A stretch of 64,000 nucleotides of DNA from positions 215,288-279,287 of the forward strand of contig CAYZOT010000001.1 in NCBI GenBank assembly GCA_964480515.1, in the 5' to 3' direction. The translations under genes were made by a program, and so were the position numbers. The notes below the pieces were generated by a model. The model searched no databases and was not told where the DNA came from. It saw nothing but the letters and a program-made list of their open reading frames with translations. Shown piece by piece: positions 61,551 through 64,000 of the stretch (the first letter of the stretch is position 1; the number at the start of each line of letters is the position of its first letter). This DNA is from an uncultured Gemmatimonadota bacterium. GTDB lineage: Bacteria > Gemmatimonadota > Gemmatimonadetes > Palauibacterales > Palauibacteraceae.

Positions 61551-62210
61551 ATTGATCGCAACACGGAGTTCCTCCGGATACATGTCCAGCATGTCTTCAC
61601 CCGCACCCTGGGCCAAGTGATCGGAGAATTGTTCTTCCCAAAGTGATAAGTCCGTATCAGGAATGAGCGCGAAGGTGATTGAAAAGGCTCCACCCCACCC
61701 GACGATGTTGCCCGCCACCTGCATACGCGGACCCACTTCTGTGCCTGCCGCAATAGCATCGCGTACTTCAACCAGTTGAGGAAGCTGGCCGTAGCTGTCC
61801 CGGATATGTGTGACACCATACTTGAGGTGCATCTGAGCCGATTCAAGCGCAATCTCAGCACCCCGTTCCCAGTAAAACACAGCAGTCTCTTTTCGGTGTT
61901 TTCCAAAACCTGCACCGTACAAACTGACGTGGACATTCGTGTCCACAAACCCAGGCGTCACAAATTTTCCAGCCCCGTCGATCACCGTTGCTCCGGAAGG
62001 AACATCGATGGCTGCACGTGGCCCGACGGATACGATACGCGCTCCGTTGACCACAACCGTGGCATCTGCTAGCGGCGGGCCACCATTACCATCAATCACT
62101 GTCGCGCCAACAATTGCGGTTGTGCCCTGCCCCACTGCCTCGGAGGCGAGTGAAACGAAAATCAACGTGGTAATAGCTAGAAAGCCCAAAAATCTTGTCA
62201 CCGACATCAT
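60669..62210 (-). CDS. Secreted amidohydrolase-superfamily protein B (paralog of A)
   Basis: Start re-placed at MMSVTRF (signal peptide); same motifs as A; C-terminal ~290 aa identical to A. Confidence 0.88.
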   Translation of the reverse strand: MMSVTRFLGFLAITTLIFVSLASEAVGQGTTAIVGATVIDGNGGPPLADATVVVNGARIVSVGPRAAIDVPSGATVIDGAGKFVTPGFVDTNVHVSLYGAGFGKHRKETAVFYWERGAEIALESAQMHLKYGVTHIRDSYGQLPQLVEVRDAIAAGTEVGPRMQVAGNIVGWGGAFSITFALIPDTDLSLWEEQFSDHLAQGAGEDMLDMYPEELRVAINDYLDKGVDFVKYGGTSHWAFPTLIAFSPEAQRVIVEETHARGLIAEIHSTNPEGLRLSIEAGIDLIQHPEVLADREMSDELVDQIRERGIICSMLVNRWTGPAWQKHLADKAAAERRLVAEAEGTDWGRLRRPVHREKTSYQLRRERNALGHSAEMSRLNATKMIEGGCIVTLGTDNNPAADLQFTRAPKPIWQEPGIGTLLAIEGLVELGMSPGDAIVSATKNGAIAAGQLDEFGTIEVGKLADLLVLDASPLQDIKNIRRQSVVMAAGKIIDVAALPTDPVYFLQGPLQER

Positions 62211-62259
62211 ATGCGAGGTTCCATTTTGGTTGAGTATATTTGCTTCTTTCCAACGAACA

Positions 62260-63990
62260 CTAGGGACTGTCGGCCTCATAGACGATCTGGCCACCTGCGA
62301 TGGTCACAAGTATGGGGATGTCCCGGATTTCATCGATGGGTACGGTAAGTGGGTCACCGCCTAGAATGACCAAATCGGCCAACTTCCCCACTTCGATGGA
62401 GCCGAGCATATCTTCTTGGAAAGTACCGTAGGCACCGTTAATCGTGTACATACGTAACGCCTCTTCACGGCTCACACGCTCGATCGAGTCACTCACTGCA
62501 CCCGTAATATCTTCCCGAGTAACGTAGGTCCATAACCCAAGCATGGGGTCGATGGGAGCCACATCGGAACCACCCTTCACAACGACACCAGCATCCACCC
62601 AAGTCTTATTTGGCATCCAATTACTCCCCAACTCATCTCCCCACATCCGTTTGAACGACTTTCCAATGGTCCAACCCATGGGCTGCTGAGTTGAGATTAC
62701 AACACCAAGCCGTTTGGCCTGTTCAAGATTGCGCTCTGTGGGTTTGAGGCCAGCATGCTCGAGCGTCCACCTGAGACCCAACAACGGAAGCTCGTCGTCC
62801 ACTTCATCCATCGCGTCCAGTGCGAGATCAAGTGCAGCATCTCCGACACAGTGTACAAACATGCGTACGCCGTATTTATGTGCAGATCGCATCACTAACT
62901 TCAGGCTCTCTTTGTCCCACCCGCGCAAGATCCCGCGATAACCAACACCAAACTGCTCTTCCGCATATGGCTCTCGCATATAGGCTCCCTGCACGCCCCC
63001 ATCTAGTGACAGCTTGATCCCCGCAATGCGAACCCACTCACTCCCAAAGCCCGAAGGTGCCCCAATGTCACGGACAGCTTCGTCGATCACTTCGGCACTC
63101 GCATTAGCGTACTCAGTCCCTCGGAATCGAGTAAGAACATGCCATCGTATTGTCAGATCGCCGTTTGCTTCAAGCTGATTAAGAATTTCGATTTTATCGC
63201 GACTCTCGCTGAGTGGCCCATCCATATCGACAAGGCTGGTAATACCTGCCGCATTGAGTCCTTCCACAGCGAGTCGAGCAGCCTCCACCATGTCCTCTCT
63301 GGTGGGGACTGGAGTCAGTCGCTCTACCGGTCCCCAAGCGAATTCTTCCAACAACTCTCCCGTCGGGACACCATCTTCGTCGCGAACAATTGTCCCTCCC
63401 ACCGGATCTGGCGTCTCCCGTGTGATGCCAGCCATCTCGAGCGCCAAACTGTTCACATTTCCATCATGCCCCTGCGTATTCATGTAAAACGGGTTATCAG
63501 GCGCCACTTCGTCGAGTTCGTAGCGATCAGGGAGTCGACCTTCCCTAACGAATTCAAGGCTAAAGGGACCACGGGCCACGATCCATTCACCCGGAGGTGT
63601 TTGAGCAGCACGTCCTCGGACATGCTCCAGTATTCCCTCCAACGTCAACATCTCACCTGTGGCAAAGTTGAGGGAACTGCGGTCGAGGCCATATCCAAAA
63701 GCATGGATGTGTGAATCGATCACACCGGGAATAACGGTCCTGCCCTCCAGATCAATTACGTGAGTTGCCACTCCCCTTAGGGGTAGTATCTGGTCTTCGT
63801 CACCGACAGCGACGAAACGACCATCTTTGATCGCAACAGCACTGACTACACGAAAATCATTATCAACTGTGATGATTTTTCCGCCGTGAACGACGAGGTC
63901 GGGAGCCAGCATGTCTGGAACAGAAGAATTTTCGCCGCACGAAACCGCAGCTAAAGAGGCAAATACCGCCAATTGTGATAAATGTCGCAT
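62260..63990 (-). CDS. YtcJ-like / amidohydrolase_3 lipoprotein
   Basis: Lipobox AVSC; PG.IDSHIH, H....NS.AL..AGI...TPDP.GG, K...DG, HC.GD, EH, GSD, YT.NGAY. Confidence 0.92.
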   Translation of the reverse strand: MRHLSQLAVFASLAAVSCGENSSVPDMLAPDLVVHGGKIITVDNDFRVVSAVAIKDGRFVAVGDEDQILPLRGVATHVIDLEGRTVIPGVIDSHIHAFGYGLDRSSLNFATGEMLTLEGILEHVRGRAAQTPPGEWIVARGPFSLEFVREGRLPDRYELDEVAPDNPFYMNTQGHDGNVNSLALEMAGITRETPDPVGGTIVRDEDGVPTGELLEEFAWGPVERLTPVPTREDMVEAARLAVEGLNAAGITSLVDMDGPLSESRDKIEILNQLEANGDLTIRWHVLTRFRGTEYANASAEVIDEAVRDIGAPSGFGSEWVRIAGIKLSLDGGVQGAYMREPYAEEQFGVGYRGILRGWDKESLKLVMRSAHKYGVRMFVHCVGDAALDLALDAMDEVDDELPLLGLRWTLEHAGLKPTERNLEQAKRLGVVISTQQPMGWTIGKSFKRMWGDELGSNWMPNKTWVDAGVVVKGGSDVAPIDPMLGLWTYVTREDITGAVSDSIERVSREEALRMYTINGAYGTFQEDMLGSIEVGKLADLVILGGDPLTVPIDEIRDIPILVTIAGGQIVYEADSP

Positions 63991-64000
63991 CGAAGAAAAA

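Noticed and set aside
10334-62294. N-terminal extensions in the ORF track (starts at 10334, 16465, 33415, 50693, 52421, 62294)
   Set aside because: Each overlaps a neighbouring gene or precedes an obvious signal peptide. Downstream starts with a Shine-Dalgarno site or stop/start overlap fit better.
1-64000. Many 60-200 aa antisense or alternate-frame ORFs; search for CRISPR, tRNA, rRNA and in-frame TGA recoding
   Set aside because: The short ORFs are shadows of well-supported genes and have no motifs. I saw no repeat-spacer array, cloverleaf, rRNA or interrupted conserved frame by eye, although covariance searches were not run.

Overview
This is a gene-dense bacterial window of about 55% GC. 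It is Gram-negative (waaA, Omp85, many lipoproteins), and its gene content suggests Gemmatimonadota or a related marine/sediment heterotroph; the taxonomy is an inference. I found no rRNA, tRNA, CRISPR array or transposase. The first ~42 kb mixes housekeeping genes (waaA fragment, yggX, leuS, acs, fumC, fur, pyrE, rlpA) with secreted hydrolases, transporters, a GldAFG-like ABC module, copCD and a probable 3-ketoglycoside module. The last ~22 kb is the notable part and holds three things. (1) Two NHL beta-propellers resembling peptidyl-alpha-hydroxyglycine alpha-amidating lyase (PAL), flanking a HupE/UreJ transporter and an endostatin-like protein. (2) A complete quinohemoprotein amine dehydrogenase operon, qhpG-A-D-C-B-F-E, whose gamma subunit has a fifth Cys positioned for a possible extra thioether cross-link plus altered active-site residues. 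(3) Three exported amidohydrolases around ilvE; two of them share an 884-bp identical 3' half but have diverged 5' halves and an N-x-H metal motif. pyrE appears to start at a CTG codon. All calls come from motif recognition by eye; no database searches were run.
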